Notes: generated by a model from the letters alone, not told the origin. Counted from the first letter of the stretch, positions 26,568 through 39,954 are shown. The stretch: 64,000 nucleotides of DNA from Octopus vulgaris (GCA_951406725.2 OX597818.1:52018001-52082000); one strand, 5' to 3'. Program-made: numbers and translations.

Positions 26568-26736
26568 AATTGAGACAGGGGTTGTAAATGCAACCCTCCA
26601 TGGGATAACATATATCCAATATACTGCTAGTGAAGTACCCAACAAAGTTAATACATAAATGTTAAGGATTGCGATGCAATCAATTCATTTACTGTATTAT
26701 ATGGGCAAAGGTAAAATGATTTACCACAAATTACTA

Positions 26737-26979
26737 ATACAAGATAAGAAAATGGAGAAATACATCTAAATCAAATATCAATTATCAGATAATACTCAAT
26801 CACATACTTTATTAAACTACCACATAAGAGACTGTAGGGTTAAACATAAAAAAGCAGAACAAATCAGTGTATAGAAAGGAACCCTACAGTCTCTTATGTG
26901 GTAGTTTAATAAAGTATGTGATTGAGTATTATCTGATAATTGATATTTGATTTAGATGTATTTCTCCATTTTCTTATCT

Positions 26980-26984
<5 letters not shown>
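26737..26984. repeat. 105-bp inverted repeat with a 38-bp spacer
   Basis: Arms 26737-26841 and 26880-26984. Confidence 0.93.
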
Positions 26985-27035
<51 letters not shown>

Positions 27036-27185
27036 CTTCTTTGTATTTAAACGTTGTAATTTGTAAAAATTAAGATATTTTCAGACATAAAAGAATGTGT
27101 ATAACTTCTTAGGACGTAACTATGATATACATAAGTAAAATGACAACAAAACTTTAAAAGAACAAACGCAAGAATTTTCAATATG

Positions 27186-27258
27186 TGGAGAATCCGGGCA
27201 TCGATCCCGGTACCTCTCGCATGCTAAGCGAGCGCTCTACCACCTGAGCTAATTCCCC
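27186..27258 (-). tRNA. tRNA-Ala(AGC), G16 variant
   Basis: Intact cloverleaf; D-loop AGGTGGTA. Confidence 0.96.
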
Positions 27259-27894
27259 TGATGTATGGCTCGGCATTTAATTATTAACATGAGTGTAGGA
27301 GTGGCTGTGCGTTATGTAGCTTGCTTAACAACCACAAGGTTCCTGGTTCAGTCCTACTGCGTGGCACCCTGGGCCGACCAAAGCCTTGTGAGTGGATTTG
27401 GTAGGCGGAAATTGAAAGAAGCCTATCGTATATATATGTGTGTGTGTGTGTGTGTGCATATGTGTGTATCTCTATGTTTCTCCCCCACCATCGCTTGACA
27501 ACCGATTTTGGTGTGTATACGCCCCCGTAACATTAGCGGTTCGGCTAGAGATACCAATAGAATAAGTACCAGGCTTACAAAGAATAAGTCCTGGGGTCGA
27601 TTTGTTCGACTGAAGGTGGTGCTCCAGCATGGCCGCAATCAAATAAGTGAAACAAGTAAAATATTTAATACAATGTGTGTGACTATATACGACAGTCACG
27701 GGCAACTAGCGGCAGCTTATGAATGGCACCTGTTTTCTAGGGTTGCGACCATCCTGGTGGTAAGTTATGTTTCATGCGGCCCGCTTCACGAAAAATGTAG
27801 CTCATACCTGATTTACGGTATAACGCTGATATGTATTTGTAGAAACGATAACAGAATTCCAAAACAAAAACCTCACTAAAAAAAAGTTAAGAGT

Positions 27895-27967
27895 TAGAGA
27901 ATCCGGGTATCGATCCCGGTACCTCTCGCATGCAAAGCGAGCGCTCTACCACCTGAACTAATTCCCC
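27895..27967 (-). tRNA. tRNA-Ala(TGC) variant (G1:U72, U11:G24)
   Basis: Full length; anticodon TGC; two C>T changes that leave wobble pairs; may be impaired. Confidence 0.8.
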
Positions 27968-28356
27968 TGGTATGCAGATTTTTCTTTAATAATTAATATA
28001 GGCGCAGGAGTGGCTCTGCATTAAGTAGCTTACGTTGTTTTAATTTATTTTCATATAATAGAATGTGTGTGGCTATATAGGATATTTGACCTGCAGTATT
28101 TTCTTCATGGCACTGCAAAACGAAAAAATTTGTTTTTTTAGAGGTGCGGCTCGCTTGATAAGTTGTATCTCATGCGGCCCCGCTTCACGAAAAATGCAGC
28201 TGATGCCTGATTGAACATATAACAGCAATGTGTGTGTGTGTCAGCCGAAATTGCTAAGATGATCCGGTTCCCGACTGAAGATTAGAGGCGTCTGTTTTTT
28301 TGTGCCGTCTCTTTGTGTGTTTTTGCGTTCTTGTCCCATTTTGTAATTTATATTTA

Positions 28357-28410
<54 letters not shown>

Positions 28411-28672
28411 TAGCTTAAAAGCCGCCCTATCCGGTGTCTTTTAAGCTGCTTTCTCTGCACACACACACACACATATACGATGGATTCTTTCAATTTCCGT
28501 CTACCAAATCCACTCATAAGGCTTTAGTCGGCCCAAGGCTATAGTAAAAGACACTTGACCTTGGTGCCACGTACTAGGACTGAATCCAGAACCCTGTAGT
28601 TGTTGAGCAAGCTACATAACGCACAGCCACTCCTACACTCATGTTAATAATTAAATGCTCAGCCAAACGTCA

Positions 28673-28745
28673 GGGGAATTAGCTCAGATGGTAGAGCGCT
28701 CGCTTAGCATGCGAGAGGTACCGGGATCGATGCCCGGATTCTCCA
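28673..28745 (+). tRNA. tRNA-Ala(AGC)
   Basis: Exact consensus; inverted copy of the 27186 unit including its flanks. Confidence 0.97.
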
Positions 28746-29203
28746 CATATTGAAAATTCTCGCGTTTGTTGTTTTAAAATGTTGTTGTCATTCTACTTAT
28801 ATATATACCTATTTCTTTATTACCCACAATGGGCTAAAGATAGAAGGGACAAACAAGTACGCAACTGGTGCTTAATTTATCGACCCCGAAAGCATGAAAA
28901 GCGGAATGGAGCCCGGTGGAATTTGAACTCAGAGCATAAGACAGACGAAATACCGCTAAACATTTCGCCCTGCGTGCTAACGTTTCTCCCAGCTGGCTGC
29001 CTTATGTATTGGACGATATTGCGTGCCAAACTGGGTAGGTAATCTAAATCTATTGTAGACAATGCTCCAACATGGCCACAGTTGAATGACTGGAAACAAT
29101 AAAACAATATGAGTGACCATTATCATAGTGTTAACTCACATAAGAACCATGAATAGAAAGATATAATAACAGAATGCTAAAATGTTGCTAGGCACACAAA
29201 AAC

Positions 29204-29276
29204 TGGAGAATCCGGGCATCGATCCCGGTACCTCTCACATGCTAAGCGAGCGCTCTACCATCTGAGCTAATTCCCC
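29204..29276 (-). tRNA. tRNA-Ala(AGC), G30:U40 variant
   Basis: Intact; paralog of 25448 with shared flanks. Confidence 0.96.
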
Positions 29277-29672
29277 TCACGCTGGTATACTTTTCTTTTT
29301 AACTAATAACCAATAAATGAACTTGATTTTCAAAGCATATAATAATTTCTTCAACGATGTGTACAACACCTGAGATTTAGGGGAAGGGGTGAATCGATGA
29401 CAAGGACCATAGTATTCGACTGGTGCTTATTTTATCGACATCCAAGGTTGGAAGGCTAGGTCGGCCTTGGAAGATTTTGAACATAAAGCCAAATAAATGT
29501 CACAACGCATTTCGTCTGACGGTTTCACGATTCTGCCAACTCACCGCCTTTTTTAGTTTTAGTTGGGTTTTTTTCTTGTCTTTTTTTTTAAGTATATATT
29601 AACGATGCTATTGTTCATAGATAAGAGCGATAAAATAATTCTAAAATGCAACCGCGCCATAAAATTATGACT

Positions 29673-29745
29673 TGGAGAAACCAAGCTTCGATCTTGGTAT
29701 CATTTACAAGCTAAATGAGCTTTCCACCCTCAAAGCAAATTCCCT
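29673..29745 (-). pseudogene. tRNA-Ala pseudogene
   Basis: Duplicate of the 26145 pseudogene. Confidence 0.85.
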
Positions 29746-30486
29746 CTCCCTCCTTTTCACTATCATTAATAACCAATAATTTTTTTTCTTTCTCTTCCTT
29801 TATATATGTATATAGCGAGAGTTTACGAAAAAATCAAAAGACGAAGACAGGTGGTGTACAAAACAAACAGATGTATTAGTATAACGCCCAGGAATAGAAA
29901 AAGCCTTTTACGTTTCGAGCCTACGCTCTTCTGTAGAATGAAACAAGGGGAGAAAACAATGTGTGTAATGGCTAACGATCTATCACATGTATGTATGTAT
30001 GTATGTATGTATGTATGTATGTATGTATGTATGTATGTGCGTGTGACTGTATGTTTGTATGTATGTATGTATGTATGTATGTGTATGTGTATATATGTTT
30101 GTGTGTCTGTGTTTGTATCCAACATCGCTTGACAACCGATGCTGGTGTGTTTACGTCTCTGTAACTAAGCGGTTCGGCAAAATAAACCGATAGAATAAGT
30201 ACTAGGCTTACAAAAAATAAGACTTGGGGTCAGTAAGCTCGACTAAAGGCGGTACTCCAGTATGGCCGCAGTCAACTGACTGAAACAAGTAAAAGAGTAA
30301 AAGATATTTGCTTCTTTGTATTTAAAGTTGTAATTTAAAATCTGATCTCTTGTACATTTGACAGTAGAAATGAAGCTATTTTCAGATATAAAAGAATGTG
30401 TATAACTTCTTAGGACGTAACTATGATATACATTAGTAGAATGACAACAAAATTTTAAAACAACAAACGCAAGAATTTATATTATG

Positions 30487-30559
30487 TGGAGAATCCGGGC
30501 ATCGATCCCGGTACCTCTCGCATGCTAAGCGAGCGCTCTACCATCTGAGCTAATTCCCC
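30487..30559 (-). tRNA. tRNA-Ala(AGC)
   Basis: Exact consensus cloverleaf. Confidence 0.97.
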
Positions 30560-30754
30560 TGACGTATGGCTCGGCATTTAATTATTGCCATGGGTGTATT
30601 AGTGACTCTGCGATTAGTAGCTTGCTTACCAACCTCAAGGTTCCGAGTTCAGTCAAACTTTGTGGCACCTAGGTCAAGTGTCTTCTACTATAGCCTTGGG
30701 CCGACCAAAGCCTTGTGAGTGGATGTGGAAGGCGGAAATTGAAAGAAGCCCATC

Positions 30755-30797
<43 letters not shown>

Positions 30798-31279
30798 TGC
30801 ATATGTTTGTATGGGTGTGTGTGTGCATATGTTTGTATGTGTCCATATGTTTGTATGTCTATGTTTCTCCCCCACCATCGCTTGACAACCGATTTTGGTG
30901 TGTATACGCCCCCGTAACCTTAGCGGTTCGGCTAGAGATACCAATAAAATAAGTACTAGGCTTACAAAGAATAAGTCCTGGGGTCGATTTGTTCCACTGA
31001 AGGTGGTGCCGCAATCAAGTGAGTGAAACAAGTAAAAGAATTTTAAAATATTTAATACAATGTGTGTGACCATATACGACAGTAACGGGCAACTTGCGGC
31101 AGCTTCTGAATGGCACCTTTTATTTTAGTGTTGCGACCATCCTGGTGGTAAGTCATATTTCATGCGGCCCGCTTCACGAAAAATGTAGCTCATACCTGAT
31201 TTACTATATAACGCTGATATGTATTTGTAGAAACGATAACAGAATTCCAAAACAAAAACTCACTAAAAATGTTAGGAGT

Positions 31280-31352
31280 TGGAGAATCCGGGTATCGATC
31301 CCGGTACCTCTCGCATGCAAAGCGAGCGCTCTACCATCTGAGCTAATTCCCC
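31280..31352 (-). tRNA. tRNA-Ala(TGC)
   Basis: Intact cloverleaf; loop TTTGCAT; A16, A60. Confidence 0.96.
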
Positions 31353-31567
31353 TCATATATACTGCGTTTGTTTTAGTTTATTAACATATAATAGAATGTG
31401 TGTGGCTATATAGTATAGTTATAGGTGACCTGCAGTATTTTTTTAATGGTACTGCAAAGCGTAAAATTTTGTCTTTTCAGAGGTGCGGTTCGCTTGATAA
31501 GCTGTATCTCATGCGGCCCCGCTTCACGAAAAGTGAAGCTGATGCCTGATTGACCATATAACGGCAA

Positions 31568-31630
<63 letters not shown>

Positions 31631-31889
31631 TAGCTTAAAAGCCGCTCTATCCGGTGTCTTTTAAGCTGCTTCCTCTGCACACACACACATATACGATGGG
31701 CTTCTTTCAATTTCCGCCTACCAAATCCACTCACAAGGCTTTGGTCGGCCTGAGGCTATAGTAGAAGACACTTGACCTTGGTGCCACGCACTAGGACTGA
31801 ATCCAGAACCCTGTGGTTGTTAAACAAGCTACATAACGCACAGCCACTTCTACACTCATGTTAATAATTAAGTGCCCAGCCGATCGTCA

Positions 31890-31962
31890 GGGGAATTAGC
31901 TCAGATGGTAGAGCGCTCGCTTAGCATGCGAGAGGTACCGGGATCGATGCCCGGATTCTCCA
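31890..31962 (+). tRNA. tRNA-Ala(AGC)
   Basis: Exact consensus; inverted unit paralogous to 28673. Confidence 0.97.
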
Positions 31963-33616
31963 CATATTGAAAATTCTCGCACTTATTGTTTTAAAATTTT
32001 GTTGTCATTCTACTTATATATATATATACCTATTTCTTTATTACCTACAAGGGGCTAAAGATAGAGGGGACAAACAAGGGCAGACATAGGTATTAAGTCG
32101 ATTACATCGACCCCAGTGTGTAACTGGTACTTAATTTATCGACCCCGAAAGGATGAAAGGCAAAGTCAACCTTGGCGGAATTTGAACTCACAACGTAACG
32201 GCAGACGAAATACCGCTAAGCATTTCGCCCGGCGCGCTAACGTTTCCGCCAGCTAATACCATAGTTACGTCCTAAGAAGTTATACACATTCTTTTATGTC
32301 TGAAAATAGCTTCATTGGACCCAACAATGGCACTTCATGCGTTGAGTACATAATAAATTTTATTAAGCTTAAACAATATTTTTCATGCAATAAACAATTT
32401 TCATCAACAACAAAAAAAAAGTGATATAATTTGTCGAGTTGGAACTTATTGCGAAGCTGCATGATAAACAACATTTTTTGTCATCCTATTGGAGGTCAGT
32501 ACAAATAGCTTGTTTCCATTCCCTGCCCTTAAACAACTAGCATATAGCTGGCCCTAGGCAACAATAATCTTGCCTTTTAAAAGCTCGATAATAATAATTC
32601 TGCCGCTACTTAATTTAAAGACAATTCGATGTACGTGGGACCTTACTTTTCGTACAGACAATTATTTGTAGTAGCTGGTACGTATCTAAACTTCTTTTCA
32701 TAATTTGAAGGAATATTACACCACTGTCGCTGGACACTATTTTAAAGTGCGATTTTTATGGTTTGGAATTGCGTCAAACGTATTTGACCATAAAGATGTT
32801 TGAAATTTAGTATTTTTAAGTATTTTTTAAGGTAATAATAAAAATAGCTGAATCTATTTTCATGCAGTCAGAGTGCCCTAAGTTTCCTGTTTCTTTATTA
32901 CCCACAAGGGGCTAAACATAGAGGGGGACAAACAAGGACAGACACACGGATTAAATCGATTACATCGACCCCAGTGTGTAACTGGTACTTTATTTACCGA
33001 CCCCGAAAGGATGAAAGGCAAAGTCGACCTCGGCGGAATTTGAACTCAGAACGTAGCGGCAGCCGAAATACCGCTAAGCATTTCGCCCGGCGTGCTAACG
33101 TTTCTGCCAGCTTGCCGCCTTGTGAGTGCCCTAAGTTTCCATAGCTCCGACGGCCGACGGCATGAAAATAGGTCCGACATATTTAATTAATATCTGAAAA
33201 AATACTAAGTTTGCTACATTTTTATGATAGAGAGTAATGGGAAGCACTCCGTCGGTTACGACGACGAGGGTTCCGGTTGATCCGAATCAACGGAACAGCC
33301 TGCTCGTGAAATTAACGTGTAAGTGGCTGAGCACTCCACAGACACGTGTACCCTTAACGTAGTTCTCAGGGATATTCAGCGTGACACAGAGAGTGACAAG
33401 GCCGGCCCTTTGAAATACAGGTACGGCAGAAACAGGAAGTAAGAGTGAGAGAAAGTTGTGGTGAAAGAGTACAGCAGGGATCACCACCATCCCTGCCGGA
33501 GCCTCGTGGAGCTTTAGGTGTTTTCGCTCAATAAACTTTTTAGTATATATTAACGATGATATCAGACTTAGATGAAAGCGATAATACAATTCTAACCGTG
33601 CGATAAAATTATGACG

Positions 33617-33689
33617 TGGAGAAACCAAGCTTCGATCTCGGTATCACTTGCATGCTATATGAGAGTTCCACCATCAAAGCAAATTCCAT
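33617..33689 (-). pseudogene. tRNA-Ala pseudogene
   Basis: Duplicate of the 26145 pseudogene. Confidence 0.85.
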
Positions 33690-34250
33690 CTCCCTCTGTT
33701 TCGCTATCATTAATAACTAATATTTTTTCTTTCTCTTCCATTACATATATCGGCGACCTGGCAGAAACGTCAGCACGCCGGGCGAAATGCGTAGCCGTAT
33801 TTCGTCAGTCGTTACGTCGTGAGTTCAAATTCCGCCGAGGTCGACTTTGCTTTTCATCCTTTCGAGGTCGATAAATAACGTACCAGTTACGCACTGGGGT
33901 CGATGTAATCGACTTAATCCCTTTGTCTGTCCTTGTTTGTCCCCTCTGTGTTTAGCCCCCTATGGGCAATAAAGAAACTATATATATATATTTGCTCGAC
34001 TGAAGGCGGTGCTCCAGCATGGCCGCAGTCAACTGACTGAAACAAGTAAAAGAGTAAAAGAGTATATATATATTTGCTTCTTTGTATTTAAACGATGTAA
34101 TTTAAAATGTGATATCTTGTACATTTGACTGTAGAAATGAAGCTATTTTCAGACAAAATAGAATGTGTATAACTTCTTAGGACATAACTATGATATACAT
34201 AAGTAGAATGACAACAAAATTTTAAAACAAACGCAAAAATTTACAATATG

Positions 34251-34323
34251 TGGAGAATCCGGGCATCGATCCCGGTACCTCTCGCATGCTAAGCGAGCGC
34301 TCTACCATCTGAGCTAATTCCCC
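34251..34323 (-). tRNA. tRNA-Ala(AGC)
   Basis: Exact consensus cloverleaf. Confidence 0.97.
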
Positions 34324-34441
34324 TGGCATACAGCTTTATCTTTAATAATTAATATAGGCACAGGAGTGGCTCTGCATTAAGTAGCTTGCTTACCAACCAC
34401 AAGTATCCGGGTTCAGTTCCACTGCATGGGACCTTGGTAAT

Positions 34442-34535
<94 letters not shown>

Positions 34536-35471
34536 TTAACAATTAAGGATAAAATCTTAATAAGAAATCTTAACAAGAAATTATCAGGTAGTTAGCGTGA
34601 AAAACCTCATAAGAGAAAAAATCTGAAAATGTTTTCACTTGAAAATATTTATTTATATTATATAGAGGGCATTATTACACATAAATGCCACACGCTAGGA
34701 GGGACTTTCAAAGTCATTACTACAAAAAATAAACGAATCGTACCGAATGCAGATCTAGAAGCAAGACATTTAAAAACAGAATTTAGTTCCAGATCACCTG
34801 TGATTTCGCAATTAACGTATTATCTACGTCTTTTGTTCATCAGTGAAACATATTCAAAACATATCAAAAATAAACAAAACCAACATACCCAGCGGAACCA
34901 AACAGACAACCGTCGCCTCCATCGTAGCACATGGAAATGTTCATTCATCATATATTTATGTAAATGGCGGGCTTTTTCGAACTGCATTTCGGTAAGAAAA
35001 ATGTTTCTTCGGAACAAATTTAACAATTAAGGATAAAATCTTAATAAGAAATCCTAACGTGTGGCATTTATGTGTAAAAATGCCCTCTCCGCACCATTGC
35101 TTGACAACCGATGTTGGTGAGATAACGTCTTAGTAACTTAGCGGTTCAGAAAAAGATAACAATAGAAAAACTACTAAGTCCTGGGGTTGATTTCTCTGAG
35201 GAAAGGTGCTGCTCAAGCATGGCCACAGTCAAAAAAATAAAGTGATATATAATAGAATGTGTGTGACCTCATACGACAGTCACGGGCAACTTGCGGCAGT
35301 TTCTGAATGGCACGTCTGTTTTAGTGTTGCCACCAACCTGATGCTAAGCCATATTGCATTTGGCTCGATTCATGAAAAATGTTGCTCATACGAGATTTAC
35401 GATATAAAGGCAAAATATATTTTGTAAAAACGATAACAGAATTCCAAAATAAGAATCATCACGCTGGGAAT

Positions 35472-35544
35472 TGGAGAATCCGGGTATCGATCCCGGTACC
35501 TCTCGCATGCAAAGCGAGCGCTCTACCACCTGAGCTAATTCCCC
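35472..35544 (-). tRNA. tRNA-Ala(TGC)
   Basis: Intact; G16, TGC, A60. Confidence 0.96.
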
Positions 35545-35751
35545 TTATACCTTTCGCAATTTCATTATTAACATGATAAAATATCTGTGACCCTATAAGA
35601 CAGTCACGGTATTTTCTGGACGGCACTTCTAAACGAAAAATGCTTTTCTATTTTCTAATGTTGCGACCCGCTTCACGCTGAAGGTAGCTCATGCCTGAGT
35701 TACGATGTAACGGCGATATACATATGGATGAACGATAACATGATTCTAAAA

Positions 35752-35993
35752 CAGTGGTTCTCAACCATTCCCCCCTCCATGGACCTCTTTCATTCCTATT
35801 TTACTCACACAGACCCTTATAGCCTTTCGATGTTTTTAAAAAATTATATTGTATTTTTATTGTTAATTATTACTAGGAATCGTATAAAAAGTTAAAATAT
35901 TTCATATATCGTATAATATTGCACATAGATTTAATCAACAAAATCTTAAATGCACCTCCAGGGGCCATATGGCACCTGGTAGAGAAAACATTG
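35752..35993. mobile_element. hAT-type MITE
   Basis: TIR CAGTGGTTCTCAACC; 8-bp TSD TTCTAAAA; copies at the same site in 37681-37923, 39380-39616 and 42346-42958. Confidence 0.85.
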
Positions 35994-36028
35994 TTCTAAA
36001 ATATAAACTTGAACAGAATTTTAACGTG

Positions 36029-36101
36029 TGGAGAATCCGGGCATCGATCCCGGTACCTCTCGCATGCTAAGCGAGCGCTCTACCATCTGAGCCAATTCCC
36101 C
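36029..36101 (-). tRNA. tRNA-Ala(AGC), G9 variant
   Basis: Intact except A9>G (GGGGAATTGGCTC). Confidence 0.92.
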
Positions 36102-36255
36102 TAACGAACAGTCTTTACTTTAATAATTAATATAGGCGCAGGAGTGGCTCTGCATTAAGTAGTTTGCTTATCAACCACAAGATTCCGGGTTCAGTTCCAC
36201 TGCATTGGACCTTGGTAATACATACATACATACATACATACATACATACATACAA

Positions 36256-36325
<70 letters not shown>

Positions 36326-37398
36326 AAAAAAGAACGCAAAATATTTAGAAGACGATACAAAAAACACGGACGGGACATTCGAATCCTTCAATCTTCAGTC
36401 AAGAACCGGATCATCCTCGCAATTTCGGCTGATGTTTGTGTGTCTATGTTTGTCTCTCCCGCACCATTGCTTGACAACCGATGTTGGTGTGATTACGTCC
36501 TAGTAACTTAGCGGTTCAGCAAAAGATACTAATAGAATAAGTACTAGGCTTAGTAAAATAAGTCCTGGGGTTGGTTTCTCCGACGAAAGGTGGTGCTCCA
36601 TCATGGCCGTAGTCAAATGACTGACACAAGTAAAAACAAGTAAAGTGAATGTGTGTGACCTCATATGACAGTCCACGGGCAACTTGCGGCAGTTTCTGAA
36701 TGGCACGTTTTTTTTTAGTGTTGCCAGCAACCTGATGCTAAGCCATATTGTATGCAGTTCGATTCATGAAAAATGTAGATCATACGTGATTTACGATATC
36801 ACCGTGACCGACCAGGCTATCAGATGTTGCTACACATCGCTGGTCACAGTGTGCTTCGCATTGTTTTAGCCTTCAAATGACGCCACCCCACTGGCTTAGC
36901 GAGCAGGCCAACAGAAGAAAGAGTGAGAGAAAGTTGTGGTGAAAGAGTGGATGGAAGCACTCCGTCGGTTACGACGACGAGGGTTCCGGTTGATCCGATC
37001 AACGGAACAGCCTGCTCGTGAAATTAACGTGTAAGTGGCTGAGCACTCCACAGACATGTGTACCCTTAACGTAGTTCTCGGGGATATTCAGCGTGACACA
37101 GAGAGTGACAAGGCCGGCCCTTTGAAATACAGGTACAACAGAAACAGGAAGTAAGAGTGAGAGAAAGTTGTGGTGAAAGAGTACAGGAGGGTTCACCACC
37201 AACCCCTGGTGGAACCTCGTGGAGATTTAGGTGTTTTCGCTCAATAAACACTCACAACGCCCGGTCTGAGAATCGAAAACGCGATCCCGCTGCCCTTAAC
37301 CACTGGGCCATTGTGCCTCCGATTTACGATATAACGGCAAAATATATTTTGTAAAAACGATAACAGAATTCCAAAATGAGAACCATTACGCTGGGAAT

Positions 37399-37471
37399 TG
37401 GAGAATCCGGGTATCGATCCCGGTACCTTTCGCATGCAAAGCGAGCGCTCTACCACCTGAGCTAATTCCCC
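37399..37471 (-). tRNA. tRNA-Ala(TGC), C27-A43 mismatch variant
   Basis: Full length; anticodon stem 3' strand GCGAA. Confidence 0.88.
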
Positions 37472-37958
37472 TTGTACTTTTCTCCATTTCATTATTAATA
37501 TATGATAAAATATCTGTGACCCTATAAGACAATCACGGTATTTTCTGGACGGCACTTCTAAACGAAAAATGCAATTCTATTTTTTAATGTTGCAACCCGC
37601 TTCACGCTGAAGGTAGCTCATGCCTGAGTTACGATGTAACGGCGATATACATATGGATGAACGATAACATGATTCTAAAACAGTGGTTCTCAACCATTCC
37701 CCCCCTCCATGGACCCCTTTCATTCCTATTTTACTCACACAGACCCTTATAGCCTTTCGATGTTTTTAAAAAATTATATTGTATTTTTATTGTTAATTAT
37801 TACTAGGAATCGTATAAAAAGTTAAAATATTTCATATATCGTATAATATTGCACATAGATTTAATCAACAAAATCTTAAATGCACCTCCAGGGGCCATAT
37901 GGCACCTGGTAGAGAAAACATTGTTCTAAAATATAAGCTTGAACAGAATTTTAACGTG

Positions 37959-38031
37959 TGGAGAATCCGGGCATCGATCCCGGTACCTCTCGCATGCTAA
38001 GCGAGCGCTCTACCATCTGAGCTAATTCCCC
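37959..38031 (-). tRNA. tRNA-Ala(AGC)
   Basis: Exact consensus cloverleaf. Confidence 0.97.
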
Positions 38032-39097
38032 TAACGAACAGTCTTTACTTTAGTAATTAATATAGGCGCAGGAGTGGCTCTGCATTAAGTAGCTTGCTTA
38101 CCAACCACAAGTTTCCGGGTTTAGTTCCACTACATGGGACCTTGGTAATACATTTTGGCTGCCCCCTCGTTATCAAGTATGGCTATTGCACGAAGCTTAA
38201 CTGTTACTGGTGCTGTGATCGAATGTGACTTTTTAGCCCGGCTAAAGATCTACAATGTCTTGTACAAAATACATACATACATACATACATACATACAAAC
38301 ATACATGCATACATACATACATACATATATATATATATGTTTGTCTCCCCCGCACCATTGCTTGACAACCGATGTTGGTGTGATTACGTCCTAGTAACTT
38401 AGCGGTTCAGCAAAAGATACCAATAGAATAAGTACTAGGCTTAGTAAAATATGTCCTGGGGTCGGTTTCTCCGACGAAAGGTGGTACTCCATCATTGCCG
38501 CAGTCAAATGACTGACACAAGTAAAAACAAATAAAATGAATGTGTGTGACCTCATAGGACAGTCCACGGGCAACTTGCGGCAGTTTCTGAATGGCACGTT
38601 TTATTTTTAGTGTGGCCACCAACCTGATGCTAAGCCATATTGCATGCGGCTCGATTCATGAAAAATGTAGATCATACGTGATTTACGATATCACCGTGAT
38701 TTACGATATCACCGTGATCACCATGACCGACCAGGCTATCAGATGTTGCTACACATCACTGGTCACAATGCGCTTCGCATTTTTTTAGCCTTCAAATGAC
38801 GCCACCCCGCTGGCTTAGCGAGCAGGCCGACAGAAGAAAGAGTGAGAGAAAGTTGTGGCGAAAGAGTACAGCAGGGATCGCCACCACCCCCTGCCAGAGC
38901 CTCGTGGAGATTTAGGTGTTTTCGCCCAATAAACACTCACAACGCCCGGTCTGAGAATCGAAAACGCGATCCTACGACCGCGAGCCCGCTGCCCTTAACC
39001 ACTGGGCCATTGTACTTCCGATTTACGATATAACGGCAAAATATATTTTGTAAAAACGATAACAGAATTCCAAAATAAAAACCATTACGCTGGGAAT

Positions 39098-39170
39098 TGG
39101 AGAATCCGGGTATCGATCCCGGTACCTCTCGCATGCAAAGCGAGCGCTCTACCACCTGAGCTAATTCCCC
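39098..39170 (-). tRNA. tRNA-Ala(TGC)
   Basis: Intact; G16, TGC, A60. Confidence 0.96.
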
Positions 39171-39701
39171 TTATACCTTTCGCAATTTCGTTATTAAAAT
39201 ATGATAAAATATATGTGACCAAATAAGACTGTCACGGTATTTTCTGGACGGCGCTTCTAAACGAAAAATGCTATTCTATATTTTAATGTTGCGACCCGCT
39301 TCACGCTGAAGGTAGCTCATGCCTGCTTTACGATGTAACGGCGATATACATATGTAAGAACGATAACATGGTTCTAAAACAGTGGTTCTCAACCATTCAC
39401 CCCTCCAAGGACCTCTTTCATTCCTATTTTACTCACGCAGACCCTTATAGCCTTTCGATGTTTTAAAAAATCCTACTGTATTTTTATTATTAATTATTAC
39501 TAGGAATCGTAGAAAAGGTTAAAATACTTCATATATCGTATAATATTGCACATAGATTCAATCAACAAAATCTTAAATGGACCTCCAGGGACCATATGGC
39601 ACCTGGTAGAGAAAACGTTAGATAGATAGATTGATAGATAGATAATTAGTCTGTCGAAAAATATTTCGAAAAATATAAGCTTGCACAAAATTGTTAACAA
39701 G

Positions 39702-39774
39702 TGGAGAATCCGGGCATCGATCCCGGTACCTCTCGCATGCTAAGCGAGCGCTCTACCATCTGAGCTAATTCCCC
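39702..39774 (-). tRNA. tRNA-Ala(AGC)
   Basis: Exact consensus cloverleaf. Confidence 0.97.
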
Positions 39775-39954
39775 TTGTGTATTGCTCTTCCTTTAATTAT
39801 TAACATAAGCGTAGGAGTGGCTGTGTGATAAGTGGCTTGCTTTGGATTTAGTCCCACCGCATGGCACCTTGGTCAAGTGTCTTCTCCTATAGCCTCGGAC
39901 CGACCAAGGCCTTGTGAGTGGATTTAGTAAACGGAAACTGAAAGGAGCCCGTTG

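Noticed and set aside
28240-28330. CAGCCGAAATTGC..CTGAAGA repeat fragment (inverted copy at 36330-36432) as a ribozyme
   Set aside because: Only partial core elements are present; probably a truncated retroelement end.
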